From Thraustochytrium aureum (taxonomy: Eukaryota), in the NCBI GenBank assembly GCA_012862495.1, contig BLSG01000080.1, positions 62,001-87,870 on the forward strand: a stretch of DNA of 25,870 bases. The letters are read 5' to 3'. Each line of letters begins with the position of its first letter. Position 1 is the first letter of the stretch. Positions 1-9,593 of the stretch are shown here, piece after piece. The notes under the pieces are model-generated. The model was not told the DNA's origin, ran no database searches, and saw only the letters and a list, made by a program, of their open reading frames with translations. The position numbers were made by a program, and so were the translations under genes.

Positions 1-303
1 ATCCTCATCATCACGTGTGCGGAGATCACGATCGTGCTCTGCTACTTTCAGCTCTGCGGGGAGGACTACCACTGGTGGTGGCGGTCGGTGCTCACGTCGG
101 GGTCGAGCGCGCTCTACCTCTTCCTCTACAGCGTCTTTTACTTTAGCAACCGGCTCAAGATGGACCTCTTCGTCTCGGCCGTGCTCTACTTTGGCTACAT
201 GTTCATCCTCAGTGTGCTGTTCTTCCTGGCCACTGGCGTGGTCGGCTACTTTGCCTGCCACAGGTTCGTCACGGCCATCTTTGCCTCGGTCAAGGTAGAC
301 TAA
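1..303 (+). CDS. TM9SF: Transmembrane 9 superfamily (nonaspanin/EMP70) protein, 3' end; 5'-truncated by the window edge
   Basis: Frame 1 is open from base 1: ILIITCAEITIVLCYFQLCGEDYHWWWRS...LYFGYM...ATGVVGYFACHRFVTAIFASVKVD*. This matches the TM9SF C-terminus (YFQLCxEDYxWWWRS, terminal KxD). TAA at 301-303. Confidence 0.95.
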   Translation: MLIITCAEITIVLCYFQLCGEDYHWWWRSVLTSGSSALYLFLYSVFYFSNRLKMDLFVSAVLYFGYMFILSVLFFLATGVVGYFACHRFVTAIFASVKVD

Positions 304-480
304 GTCGTGCGCGGTCTCTACTGGAGCTAGAGTGCGCGCGCTCTGAAGCCGAGCCCGGCTGCGCCCGCATTCCGCGGCCTTGCCACAGCTGTGCTTTTCA
401 GCAAGCCTCTAGAGTAGATAATCGAAAGAACTGATGGACACCCCCAAGCTAAGCCAGGCTGCAGCTGGCAGTTTTCCACA

Positions 481-535
481 ATGTGTTTTCTGCCAAAGTC
501 CACGATGTGCTTTCTGCCAAAGTCCACGATGTGTT
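481..535. repeat. 24-bp tandem duplication (about 2.3 copies)
   Basis: ATGTGTTTTCTGCCAAAGTCCACG (481-504), ATGTGCTTTCTGCCAAAGTCCACG (505-528), then ATGTGTT. Confidence 0.9.
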
Positions 536-676
536 GCCGGGCCGGTTGCCGAAGGGTCGAGGAGGTCGAGGTCTCGCAAAGGCGCACCACCCACCTCTGA
601 CCGCCCAAAATCGGCTGCAGCGCAAGCAAAAGACCTCGCGCACCGCACCGCGGTGGACTCGAACGAGGTTGCGTCC

Positions 677-748
677 GCCAGCCAGAGCGCGCCAGCCAGA
701 GCGCGCCAGCCAACGCGCCAGCCAACGCGCGCCAGCCAGAGCGCGCCG
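677..748. repeat. Degenerate GC-rich minisatellite (GCCAGCCAGAGCGC / GCCAGCCAACGC units)
   Basis: About five consecutive GCCAGCCA-containing units are visible in the sequence. Confidence 0.75.
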
Positions 749-803
749 GCTGGGCCCGTGTGCTTCCACGCAGCGCTCTCTCGCGCGGGGGCGGAGGGCC
801 AAG

Positions 804-1789
804 ATGGGCCAGCGGTCTCGAAAGCCGAGTTGCCCAGGTTCAAGCACGGAAGCTCAGTCGCGCCTCGTAGCGAAAGCGAAGGCCAAGCGCGCATCGAATA
901 GGGACGTCGGTGCCAGCACTGACAAGGGACCCATCCGCTTGCGCAGTGCAAGGCTGCTGGTNNNNNNNNNNNNNNNNNNNNNNNNNNNNNNNNNNNNNNN
1001 NNNNNNNNNNNNNNNNNNNNNNNNNNNNNNNNNNNNNNNNNNNNNNNNNNNNNNNNNNNNNNNNNNNNNNNNNNNNNNNNNNNNNNNNNNNNNNNNNNNN
1101 NNNNNNNNNNNNNNNNNNNNNNNNNNNNNNNNNNNNNNNNNNTGCCTTGCCGATGCGCGATTAAACCAGTGATCTGTTTCGCCGAATGGAAGCGGCACTA
1201 CGACTCGTTTGGGAGCAACTGCCCGCAATGCGCCGAGCGGATCCCGGCCACGCTTGTCCGTCGGCATGGTGGTCTGGAAAGCTTTGTAGATCAAGAGTTT
1301 TGGGCAGAGATCCAGCGCAACTGGCCGGAGGAGCTCGAGCGTAAGCGAAGGTCAGAGTCTTGTCTGGAAGGTGCGCTTGGCGAGCGAGACGTCGCCCCTG
1401 GCTCGCCAGTGAGGCGCAACCTGATCCCCACCAAGCATGGCGAGCTGCTGCGCGAGCTTCACAAAATGCAGAGCGAGCACGACGACCAGGTCCGCAGAAT
1501 AGAAGAGCGCAACGAGGACCGCCTCGTGGCCTTCTTTCGCGAAACCGGTGAGGTCGCCCTGGAACGCCAGTTCGAGCTGCAGCGCAAGGATCAAGCACTC
1601 GCTTGGAGGCTCCAGGCAGCCGCGCAGGCGTCCGCGCCGGGCGATGCATGTTGCCGGGACGAGGAGATAGCGAGGGATCTGCAGCGCGCTTTCGACCGCG
1701 AAGCCGGCGAGGCCGCAAAGGCCAGTCAGGGCGAGGGCGAGGGCAAAGACCAACAACAGCTCCTGATGCAGCACAACAGAGTTCTGTAA
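804..1789 (+). CDS. RNF168/RNF169-like RING E3 ubiquitin ligase with MIU-like ubiquitin-binding motifs (interrupted by N-gap 962-1142; start tentative)
   Basis: After the gap the frame is open from 1145: PCRCAIKPVICFAEW...NCPQCAERIP...FVDQEFWAEIQRNWPEEL...KHGELLRE...DQALAWRLQ...RDEEIARDLQ. This parallels RNF168 (CPxC...LVNxELWxxIQKxYPxE...PGELRRE...DEELARKL). Stop TAA at 1787-1789. ATG 804 (MGQRSRK..., open into the gap) is only a candidate start. Confidence 0.65.
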
Positions 1790-1982
1790 TGGGCAAGCCC
1801 TTGCACAGACGGGGCTGGGCTGCAGCTGGCGAGGCTGCAACGGCCGGTTGGAAGCAGAATTCAGGTTTCTCGCAAGACCAGCAAGCCATAGCTCGCTCAG
1901 CTCTGCAACACATCATCAAGATTTATTTTGTAGTCGGGCAATCCCTGCCACAGATGGGACTGTCCTGCTCGGGAAAGCATAT

Positions 1983-3977
1983 TTAGTACGCCGGGTTGAG
2001 CGTCTCGACAGTCTCCTTGTTCGGCGTCTCCGGGTAGAACTTGGGCAAAAGGATGAGGAAAGCTGTGGTGCAGATCACGAAAAACCCAATCGAGATGCCA
2101 GCCTTAGCCGCGACTGACAGGCCCTCGCTGGTGGCGGTGGCGGCGGGCTCCTCCGGGCCGGGGGCCGGCGCGGCGGGATTGCACGCGTTGGTCGACGCAA
2201 TGTCCTTGTAGCGGCACTCGATTTGCGCCTCGATGCCGCCGTTCGCGGCGGTCTGCTGCTCAACATAGCTGCGAACAATCTCGTCGAGGACTGCACCGGT
2301 GGCGAGAAGAATCTCGGCCTCCTGCAGGATACGGTACGAGTCTCCCGCGCGCGTGAGAAAGTCGTTCGTCACGAGCTTGTACGTCTTGCTATCGTCGTTG
2401 GCAATGACCTCTCCGTTGAGCGAGATAGAGCTGACTCGCGCGACAGAGATCGGCTCGCCCGCCGTAACGCATGCGCTACATCCAGTGCACAAACCGCACG
2501 CAGGGGATGCAGTCGAGTTGAAGGTGACCTCGAAGCCCTTGCCGAACTGGCCAAGCTCGCCCTTGAGCGTGCCGTACCGGGAAAGACCGTGCTCGACCAT
2601 GAGGTAAACCTGGGCTCCGGTGAGGCGGACCACGGAAAGAACGTTGCCGAAGGGCAACACGGTAAAGATCTCGCCCACAAGCACCTCGCCCTCGTCGATC
2701 GAGGCGCGGATCCCACCACTGTTCATCAAGCACAGGTCCACCTCCCCGTTGGCAGCAACAAAGCTGGGGTTGCTGTTAATACCCCACAGCATGCCGTCGC
2801 AAATCATGTTGCCAATGGGAGCCTCGCCAGAGCGCACGAACTCGCTGCGACCATCAAAGTTCATGAGGCTTTTGCCGACCGGGCTGTTGGAGAAATCACT
2901 CAGCGGCTCCTTGAGCCTGTCGACAAGCGCCTTTGCGACGGGGTCCTCAGCAAACCGGAACTTGGAGTTGGCGGAAGTGTTGTTGATGTCCGAGCCGACG
3001 AGGACGGTGAGGGGCTCAAAGGTCATGCCAGACTCGGTAAAGTTGAGCGCAATGTTGCCCAGGAAGCGGCCGCTCCAGTACGCCTGCACGATGGGGATGC
3101 TGTTGACGCTGTCAACAGTCGGGTAGGCCTGCGTGATGGTGGTGATCGAGCCGAATTCTTGGCCTGACAGCACCGGGTTGGGGCCTTGGGCCGTCTCGTT
3201 CCAGAGAAAGGTGTGCGTGTGGGCGCCAATGATAAGGTTAAGGTCGGCGACCTGGGCGGCTACCTCGATGTCCCTAGAGAACCCACTGTGGCCGAGGGCG
3301 ATAAAGATCGTGACTCCCTCCGCCTTGAGCTTGGTGATCTCGGCTGTGATGCTGGCGACCTCATCCGCGATCTCGATGCACGGCGGCGCGGAAGAGATGG
3401 ACACGGTCTCTGGGGTGGTGTAGGCCACGAAACCCACCTTGGTGCCCTCAACGGTAACCACGTGCGATTTGGTGATCGTGGCCTCGAGCTTGGCACCGTC
3501 GCACTTGTCGATAATGTTGCTGGAGATCATCGGGTACTCCACGGTCTTCGTGTAGTTGACGAGCGGGTCGTATCCATAGTCGAACTCGTGGTTGCCAAAG
3601 GTGCCCACGCAAGCGAAGAACCCGGCGCCGCCCTGGTCGCGCGGCTTGCACAGTTGATTCAGGAAGATCGCGGCCTCCTGGCCCTTGTAGTACGTCGACC
3701 ACAGCGTGCCCATGAACTGGTCTCCCGCGTCAGCGAAGATGACGGGCACATCGCCGGCGTCGTCGACAAACTTCTTGGCGGCAGTGAAGATGCGCGGCCA
3801 GCCGCCGTCGCAGATTTGTTTAACATCGGTCGAGTTGGGACTGGTGCACTCGGACTCGCTGGCGCGAATTCCTGCGACCTTGGCGTGAAAGTCGTTCAGG
3901 TGAACAACCTGGAACTCCACGGCCATTACGGCAGCGGCCTGGGCCGCCGCGAACGCGGTGATAGCGGCGAGCTTCAT
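1983..3977 (-). CDS. Ecto-5'-nucleotidase/apyrase family protein (UshA/CD73-like) with signal peptide and C-terminal TM helix
   Basis: ATG at 3977 gives the signal peptide MKLAAITAFAAAQAAAVMA. Metallophosphoesterase motifs: HLNDFH, DAGDQF, GNHEFD, GHSG, GAHTH. C-domain motifs: RSGEAPIGNMICD, NSGGIRA, LPFGN, GDSY. Hydrophobic GISIGFFVICTTAFLILL lies near the C-terminus. Intronless. Confidence 0.95.
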   Translation of the reverse strand: MKLAAITAFAAAQAAAVMAVEFQVVHLNDFHAKVAGIRASESECTSPNSTDVKQICDGGWPRIFTAAKKFVDDAGDVPVIFADAGDQFMGTLWSTYYKGQEAAIFLNQLCKPRDQGGAGFFACVGTFGNHEFDYGYDPLVNYTKTVEYPMISSNIIDKCDGAKLEATITKSHVVTVEGTKVGFVAYTTPETVSISSAPPCIEIADEVASITAEITKLKAEGVTIFIALGHSGFSRDIEVAAQVADLNLIIGAHTHTFLWNETAQGPNPVLSGQEFGSITTITQAYPTVDSVNSIPIVQAYWSGRFLGNIALNFTESGMTFEPLTVLVGSDINNTSANSKFRFAEDPVAKALVDRLKEPLSDFSNSPVGKSLMNFDGRSEFVRSGEAPIGNMICDGMLWGINSNPSFVAANGEVDLCLMNSGGIRASIDEGEVLVGEIFTVLPFGNVLSVVRLTGAQVYLMVEHGLSRYGTLKGELGQFGKGFEVTFNSTASPACGLCTGCSACVTAGEPISVARVSSISLNGEVIANDDSKTYKLVTNDFLTRAGDSYRILQEAEILLATGAVLDEIVRSYVEQQTAANGGIEAQIECRYKDIASTNACNPAAPAPGPEEPAATATSEGLSVAAKAGISIGFFVICTTAFLILLPKFYPETPNKETVETLNPAY

Positions 3978-6900
3978 TGTGTCCCTTGACGGTTTTCCTG
4001 GTTTGGATGTCTTTGCTTTCAAGTCGCCTTGCGATTCGGGTCTGCCGACTTTTGTGGCGCGAACTGGTTAGTCAACTCGCCATGCCTGATAGCAACTAGG
4101 ACTGTGGCGGGGTCGCGTCCCTTCATTTACTAGTCAAGTGCACAGGCGCGCCGAGCAGGTCGGGCTTGAATGCAGACCGACTCGGGGGCGAGCAAGTAGA
4201 GTAGGTAGAGAGGCTGCTTGGTTGATGATGATCTACTTTACTCGTTGGCATTCCACTCACGCGCTCCAGGTCAATTGAGCGCGAGGCAAACGAAAATCGC
4301 ACGCCTAGGTATGGAGTAGAGTAGGTAGGTAGGTACTCATTTCGTACCGCTTATTGCGCGAATCTTGGCCGCAAGCACACCCTGAGCAAGTGGGAAAGAA
4401 TTACTGGTGCTGAGGCAGGCATTCGTCCGTGGGCGACAAGTCGCGCTTCGGCTTCGGCCTGGTCAGATTCTCCAACAAGCGAGTGTTGAACCGGGGGCTT
4501 TCGCTATGATTCACAAGAAAACACAAAACGGGCTTTCGCCAAACTCCGACCCGCCCACTCGTGCTGCTCCTTGCGTCAGCTCCACACCAACCACACGGAT
4601 CTCGTGTAATGAGAGTCTCTCCCCTTCGGAGCTGCGTTCACGTCCAGGCGGCGTCCGAGCAGTTTTGTCGATCGATGGACATGACGCACTGCTCCCAGAA
4701 GCATTCAAAACGCTGCGCGTCTTGGTCAGCGCTGCGTTTGAATCTCTCCTGCCGCGCATGCCTGCCTGCAAAGATGCGTGCCCGGCTGGCGACTCGCTGC
4801 TCCACGTCCTTCCTGCGGCAGCAAAACTCGCGTGTGTCTCGTTTCGAAAGCACTACTTACATCCACTGGCAGTCCCAGCGTCTCGTCCTGGCTGCTGCAA
4901 TGGAGATTCGAAAGCGCAGCCCCATCCCTCCCTCGGCCGAGGCTCAAGCGCACCACGCAGGCTTCGTAGTTGCAAGTCTTGATCGCTTTCCTCTGCACTT
5001 CCGGCTTCGTTCCACCAATTTCGTGTAGAGCCGCTCCCTGGCCGCCACGAGAGCCTCCGCGCTTTCCCGGCATCTCTTGACTCCGGGGGCCACAGCGGGT
5101 CCTCTTTCCTTTGGCGCGAGGTTGCTTACTCGCCGAGTGGGCGGCCTTCGCGCGTGGTCAGGCGGCTCCAGGGCGACTCTGTACTCCCGGGCCGGCAGAG
5201 AGCGAGTGGAAAGCCGGCTAGATCCGCCATGTTGGCACAGGCAGGTCTACTTCCTCAAGCACTGCAGTGGAGCAAGTCGGGCTTGCGGAGGAGGACGGGA
5301 TCTCTCGGAGCCTCCCTCTCTCCTCGTGCCGCCGGCTCTGAGGCGGCTCCATTCTGCAGGAATGCCAAGCAGGGGGTGGAAAGTACTCGCGCAACGCCTC
5401 GCAGCGCACTTCGATGACGAGTCTCTCGCACGCGAAGGACCGCAGCTAGGGTAGGTGGGGCAGAGAGCTTGGCTAGAGAGCCGTGCAAGTCGAGTACTGT
5501 CCTTCCTCGGCACAGCAGCTGCAATCATCGATCGAGTCGAGAGGTCTCACGTGGCTCGGGTAGAGCCTTCGCAGATCCTGGCCTGGCGTCACGTTTTGCG
5601 CGCTGGCGCAGAGCGGGCGGGGGCTCGTTCAAGCTGTCCATCTCCCGCCCCTGATTGTGGCTGGCTGCCTGCCTTTTCCGAGTAAGTAGAAGGAAAGGAG
5701 GCAAGGAGGAAAGGAAGAGGGCACTTCAAGGTGCTTGGACTGCAGTGTGAACAGCCAACGAGCCGCTCACAGGCCGGAGGGAGAGCAGGGCGATGGAGCC
5801 CGATTCACGGCACGGCCATGCAGAGGAGCTAGCTGACCCTTGAGCCATCCTCCCACCCGTCGTACAGGGGCGGGGGCGATTCAAAAATTTGCACACCGTG
5901 CAAAAATTTGCAGGCTGCGCAGGCCCCTGGCAGCGCAGGCCATGTTTTCGAAGGCTTTTTTCTTGGTTGAATTGGTTGAATCGTTGAATCTCGCGTGCCA
6001 GACGAGGCTGCATTTCAGGGCGGCCAGATGCAGGGGATCGAAGGTATGCTGCAGGGCGTCACCCTACGCTTCCTGGCGCTCTGACTCGGAGCTGGACTAC
6101 GCGACCTGACTACAAGTACTTCTCGTTTCCGGCCGAAATCGGAGATCAATCCGTTTCCTCTGTCGTGGCCGTGCTTCGGAGAGACTGCAGACGAGACGAG
6201 ACCCCCAAGGGGCATGGGCGTCTGTCTGTCTATCTGTCTGTCTGTCCTTGGTCTGTCTGCCTGTCTAGCCCTTTTGTTGCAGCGGCGACCACGATTTTCT
6301 TCTTCTGGCGCGCCGATCAGCACGTGGCTGGGATTGAAGATTCATAGTTCACGCGCCCCGCGATAGCGGCCTGCTCGCGACCAAACGAATCTCCCGGGTG
6401 GCTCCTTGCGCTCGCGCCTGGCGCTACTAGCTTCGTCAGCCTGTTGTTGTCGTCTCTTGTGTTACGCGAACCGTAAATCTTTTTTTGGGGCTATTGACGA
6501 CGTGACCATGTCGCGGCGGCACAAGTTCTGAAATGAACCACATGCCATGCAGCGGGTTTTGGGCCGGAGTATAGGTGACAACCTACGAGTACTCTACGCA
6601 TCTGAATCTGAGCGCGCAAGGCCCTTTGGCGAGAAGGGCGAAACATGGCTCCCTTCTGGTTGCTGCGCAGCCTCACCACTCACGACATGCGTAAACCACA
6701 AGGATCCGCCCTTACTGTGGGCGGAGCGCTGCCCGGCCAAGCGACGCTCGCCGAAATCGGCCAGCACTGGCGATCAGTGAAAGTCAGCTCCTCGACCAGC
6801 GTCCAAAGTGGTGTGCCTCAGCCCTTTGCGCCCAAGGCCAAGCTCAAGCTCGTATGAAGCTGTTGCTGGCTGGCCCGTTTTGCGGCATTAGAGCTCCGTA

Positions 6901-7226
6901 GGAGGTATCAACTGAAGGCCCCCCTACCTACCCACGCCTTCTCCTTCAGGAAAAGAGAAACGCAAACGTAGTTTGAGGTCGGCAAGCCACAGCGCGCTGC
7001 AAACGATTACATTTCTAACAAGCAGTCCGCCAAGCGCCCTTGCGAGCAGAAGGACGTAGGACACCGTCCCCTTGCGCCCGAATCAAGCCGAGCCCTTCTT
7101 GCTCGAACTAAAACTGGCGAGCAGACAGCCCTGTACGGCAGACCCCGAACACAAAGCACCAAAGCACCACATACAGCAACAAAGCTCCAGCCTGCTGGAC
7201 AACTGCAAACCCCGAGCATACCCAAC
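3978..7226. promoter_or_regulatory. Long divergent intergenic region with clustered YGAATCTH (PSR-type Myb) motifs
   Basis: Exact matches on +: 4359-4366 CGAATCTT, 4739-4746 TGAATCTC, 5985-5992 TGAATCTC, 6386-6393 CGAATCTC. Exact matches on -: 4903-4910 GAGATTCG, 6337-6344 AAGATTCA. Further GAATCT cores at 4465-4470 (-) and 6604-6609. Function is inferred. Confidence 0.55.
6220..6266. repeat. Imperfect (GTCT)n microsatellite
   Basis: gtctgtctgtctatctgtctgtctgtcc...gtctgtctgcctgtct. Confidence 0.8.
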
Positions 7227-9593
7227 ATGAAGGGCTATACGACTCTCGCCGTCTTGGCGGCTTGCGCCATGAGCGCAGATGCCGCCTTGTGCGGCAGCAA
7301 GCCGGACCTCACCTTTCTCCTGCCAGGCACCATGGAGACGCTCAAGCTGGTCAACTCTGCCGACATCAGTGTCGCTTTCGCATTCCGCGAGGCGACCGCC
7401 GACGACGTCGAGGTCGTGGTACGGTACAACGCGCTGAACGCTGGCGCTGAGGAGGACATCGTCAAGGTCGAGGGCAAGACTGCCACCTTTGACCTCGCCA
7501 GCATCAAGGTGGGCGCCGACACCGGCGCCGCCAGCTCGCGCACAAGCAACATTCGCGCTGCGAGCATGTTGTCGATGGCTGCAGTTGTCGGCCGCGAGCA
7601 TCCTGTCGCTGGCGCCGTCTTTGGTTCGCTCGGCCTCGCCGCATGTGCCAACGGCGAGCTCAGCTGCGAGCACAGCGCGCTCGTCACTATCTCGCTCCCC
7701 GCGGGACGGTGCACGGGCGGCTTCGATCGTGAGAAAGCGTCTCTCAAGCTGGTCAACTGCGACGGCACCACGTTTTCGCCGACGCCGTCCCCCGTGGAAC
7801 CTGCGAGCCCAACGCCCTCACCAACCGCCAGCCCCGATACGATCAAGAAGGTCAACGCCAATCCCTCTGGCACCTACACGGTCGAAGGCGTGGTAACCGC
7901 TGACCTGCGTGAGGGCCGGAAGGGGTTCTACATCCAGCAGACCAAGGCCTCCGCCGCGGCCGACTCGACCGTGGCGTCCGAGGGAATCTTCGTGTACTGC
8001 AACAACCTTTGCGTCGGCACCGGAGTCGTCGAGTTTGCGGAGGGCGCGCGCATCAAGATCACCGCGCCAGCTGCGGTGTTCAGAGGCAACCCCCAGCTTG
8101 TTCCGGTTGACTTGACCTCCAGTTCGGTTCAAGTGCTGTGCAACACCCCTTCGGTCGCGATCAACACCGCCGCGGGCGTGCTCTTGTGCGATGACGTCAA
8201 CGTCGCCGAGTTCACCCTGCCTGTCTCGGCACTTTCTGACTACGCCCCGTTCACCGGCATGCTCACCAGCCTGACGCACGAAATGTTCATCACGGGCTCG
8301 TACGAGCTGCGATATGGCACGCTGGACCTCTCGCAGGGCGGCGTTCTGCGCGCCGAGACTATGGAGGTGGACCCGGGTCCCGCCGTGGCTGAGGCCGAGC
8401 TCGCCAACTCCCTCCGGTTGCTCAAGCTCGACGACGGCGCCTCCAAGACGTGCCCGCTTCCGCAGGCCTGGCCCGTCGGGGGAGAGGACTCTGTCCGCGT
8501 TGGTTACAAGATTCCCGCTTCCGCGCTGGACGGAACCACAATCATCACCTACGAGTTTAACTTTTGGACCCTCGTCCCGAGTTTGCGTGCCCTCTCGCAT
8601 CTCGCGGCCAGCATTGACAAATCCAGCAACCCGCGCGTCGCAAGCCTGCCCGCCAGCGTCCCTACCAACGACGCCGCGGCAGGGCGCGTGCGCATCTCAT
8701 CGCTCAACGTCGAGAACTATTTCACCACGTTGGACGACGGAACCTGCAACTTCCCCGGGGACTGCCGCGGGGCCAACACTCCGGAAGAGTTCGAGCGCCA
8801 ACAGACCAAGATCTTCGAAAGCATCCGGGGGCTCGATGCAGCGATCTTTGGCCTCCAGGAGGTCCAGAACGACGGCGCGAACAAAACGCTTGCCTCTTTC
8901 GTGGACAACCTCAACGCGCACCTCGGGGTCGTCGGCAAATACGCGTACATCGACAGTGGTGCGCCCCCTGCAGGCTCGTTGCTTGGGGTCGGCAACGATG
9001 CGATCACCAGCGCGATCATCTACCAGCCCGCCCTCGTCACCCCGGTCGGCCCTGTCGCCATCAAGGAATACGAAAACCCGGTCGACAAGTCACGCCCCAC
9101 CATTGCCCAGTCCTTCAGTGTTGGGGGCGCAAGCGAGGTTTTCACGGTGACGGTGAACCACCTCAAGTCGAAGGGCTCCGCATGCGACGAGGACGTGGTC
9201 GGGAGCGAGGCAAGCGTCAACATGCGCCCTGGTGAGGGCAACTGCGGCTTTGCTCGTCTCAACCACGTCAACCAGCTACTGGCTTGGCTCGCCACCAACC
9301 CCACGGGCCAGGGCAACTCGCTGGTTGCTGTGCTCGGCGACATGAACAGCCACGCTCGCGACCGCTCGATCGCCGCGATGACCAGCACCTCCTGGGTTTC
9401 GCTCGCGGACCGCGACATCGCCGAGCCGGTCAGCTACAACTTTGGCAGCAAGGGAAGCACGCTAGACTACCTTCTGGCCACGCCCGCCCTTGCGGCCAAG
9501 TGCGCCAACACGTACGAGTGGGGCATCAACTCGCCGGAGAACGTCATGACCGGCTACGACGACACCCTGTACAGCAACTGCCAGAGCGCCGTC
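7227..9593 (+). CDS. Secreted ExeM/NucH-like extracellular endonuclease (OB-fold + EEP/DNase I-like domain); 3' end in N-gap
   Basis: Signal peptide MKGYTTLAVLAACAMSADA, then a P/S/T linker FSPTPSPVEPASPTPSPTASP. OB-fold TVEGVVTAD...GFYIQ...SEGIFVY; LKLDDG. EEP motifs: SLNVENYF, CRGA...EFERQQTKI, GLQEVQN, DAI..AIIY, RPTIAQSF, VNHLKSKG, LGDMN, GSTLDY. The terminal SDH motif is expected inside gap 9594-9799 and is not visible. Confidence 0.9.

Noticed and set aside
481..535. 24-bp repeat as a CRISPR array
   Set aside because: The copies are adjacent with no spacers, there are only about two, and the context is eukaryotic.
434..901. 155-aa ORF with CVFC/CAFC pairs as a zinc-finger protein
   Set aside because: The paired CxxC is a by-product of the 24-bp duplication, and the rest translates a minisatellite.
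2223..3989. Long antisense ORFs here and opposite the nuclease, BBS2, amine oxidase and eIF3b
   Set aside because: These are shadow ORFs expected from high GC3 codon bias and carry no independent motifs.
3978..4022. 15-aa extension of the 5'-nucleotidase
   Set aside because: It uses a TTG start; the signal peptide begins at ATG 3977.
4407..5685. Overlapping short ORFs in the long intergenic region as a gene or transposon relic
   Set aside because: There are no recognisable domains, no consistent frame or strand, and no terminal repeats. A decayed gene or lncRNA cannot be excluded without searches.
5548..6326. CACGTG/CACGTT boxes (5548, 5590, 6321) as Pho4 sites
   Set aside because: The count is near chance for this GC content, and Pho4 regulation is fungal.
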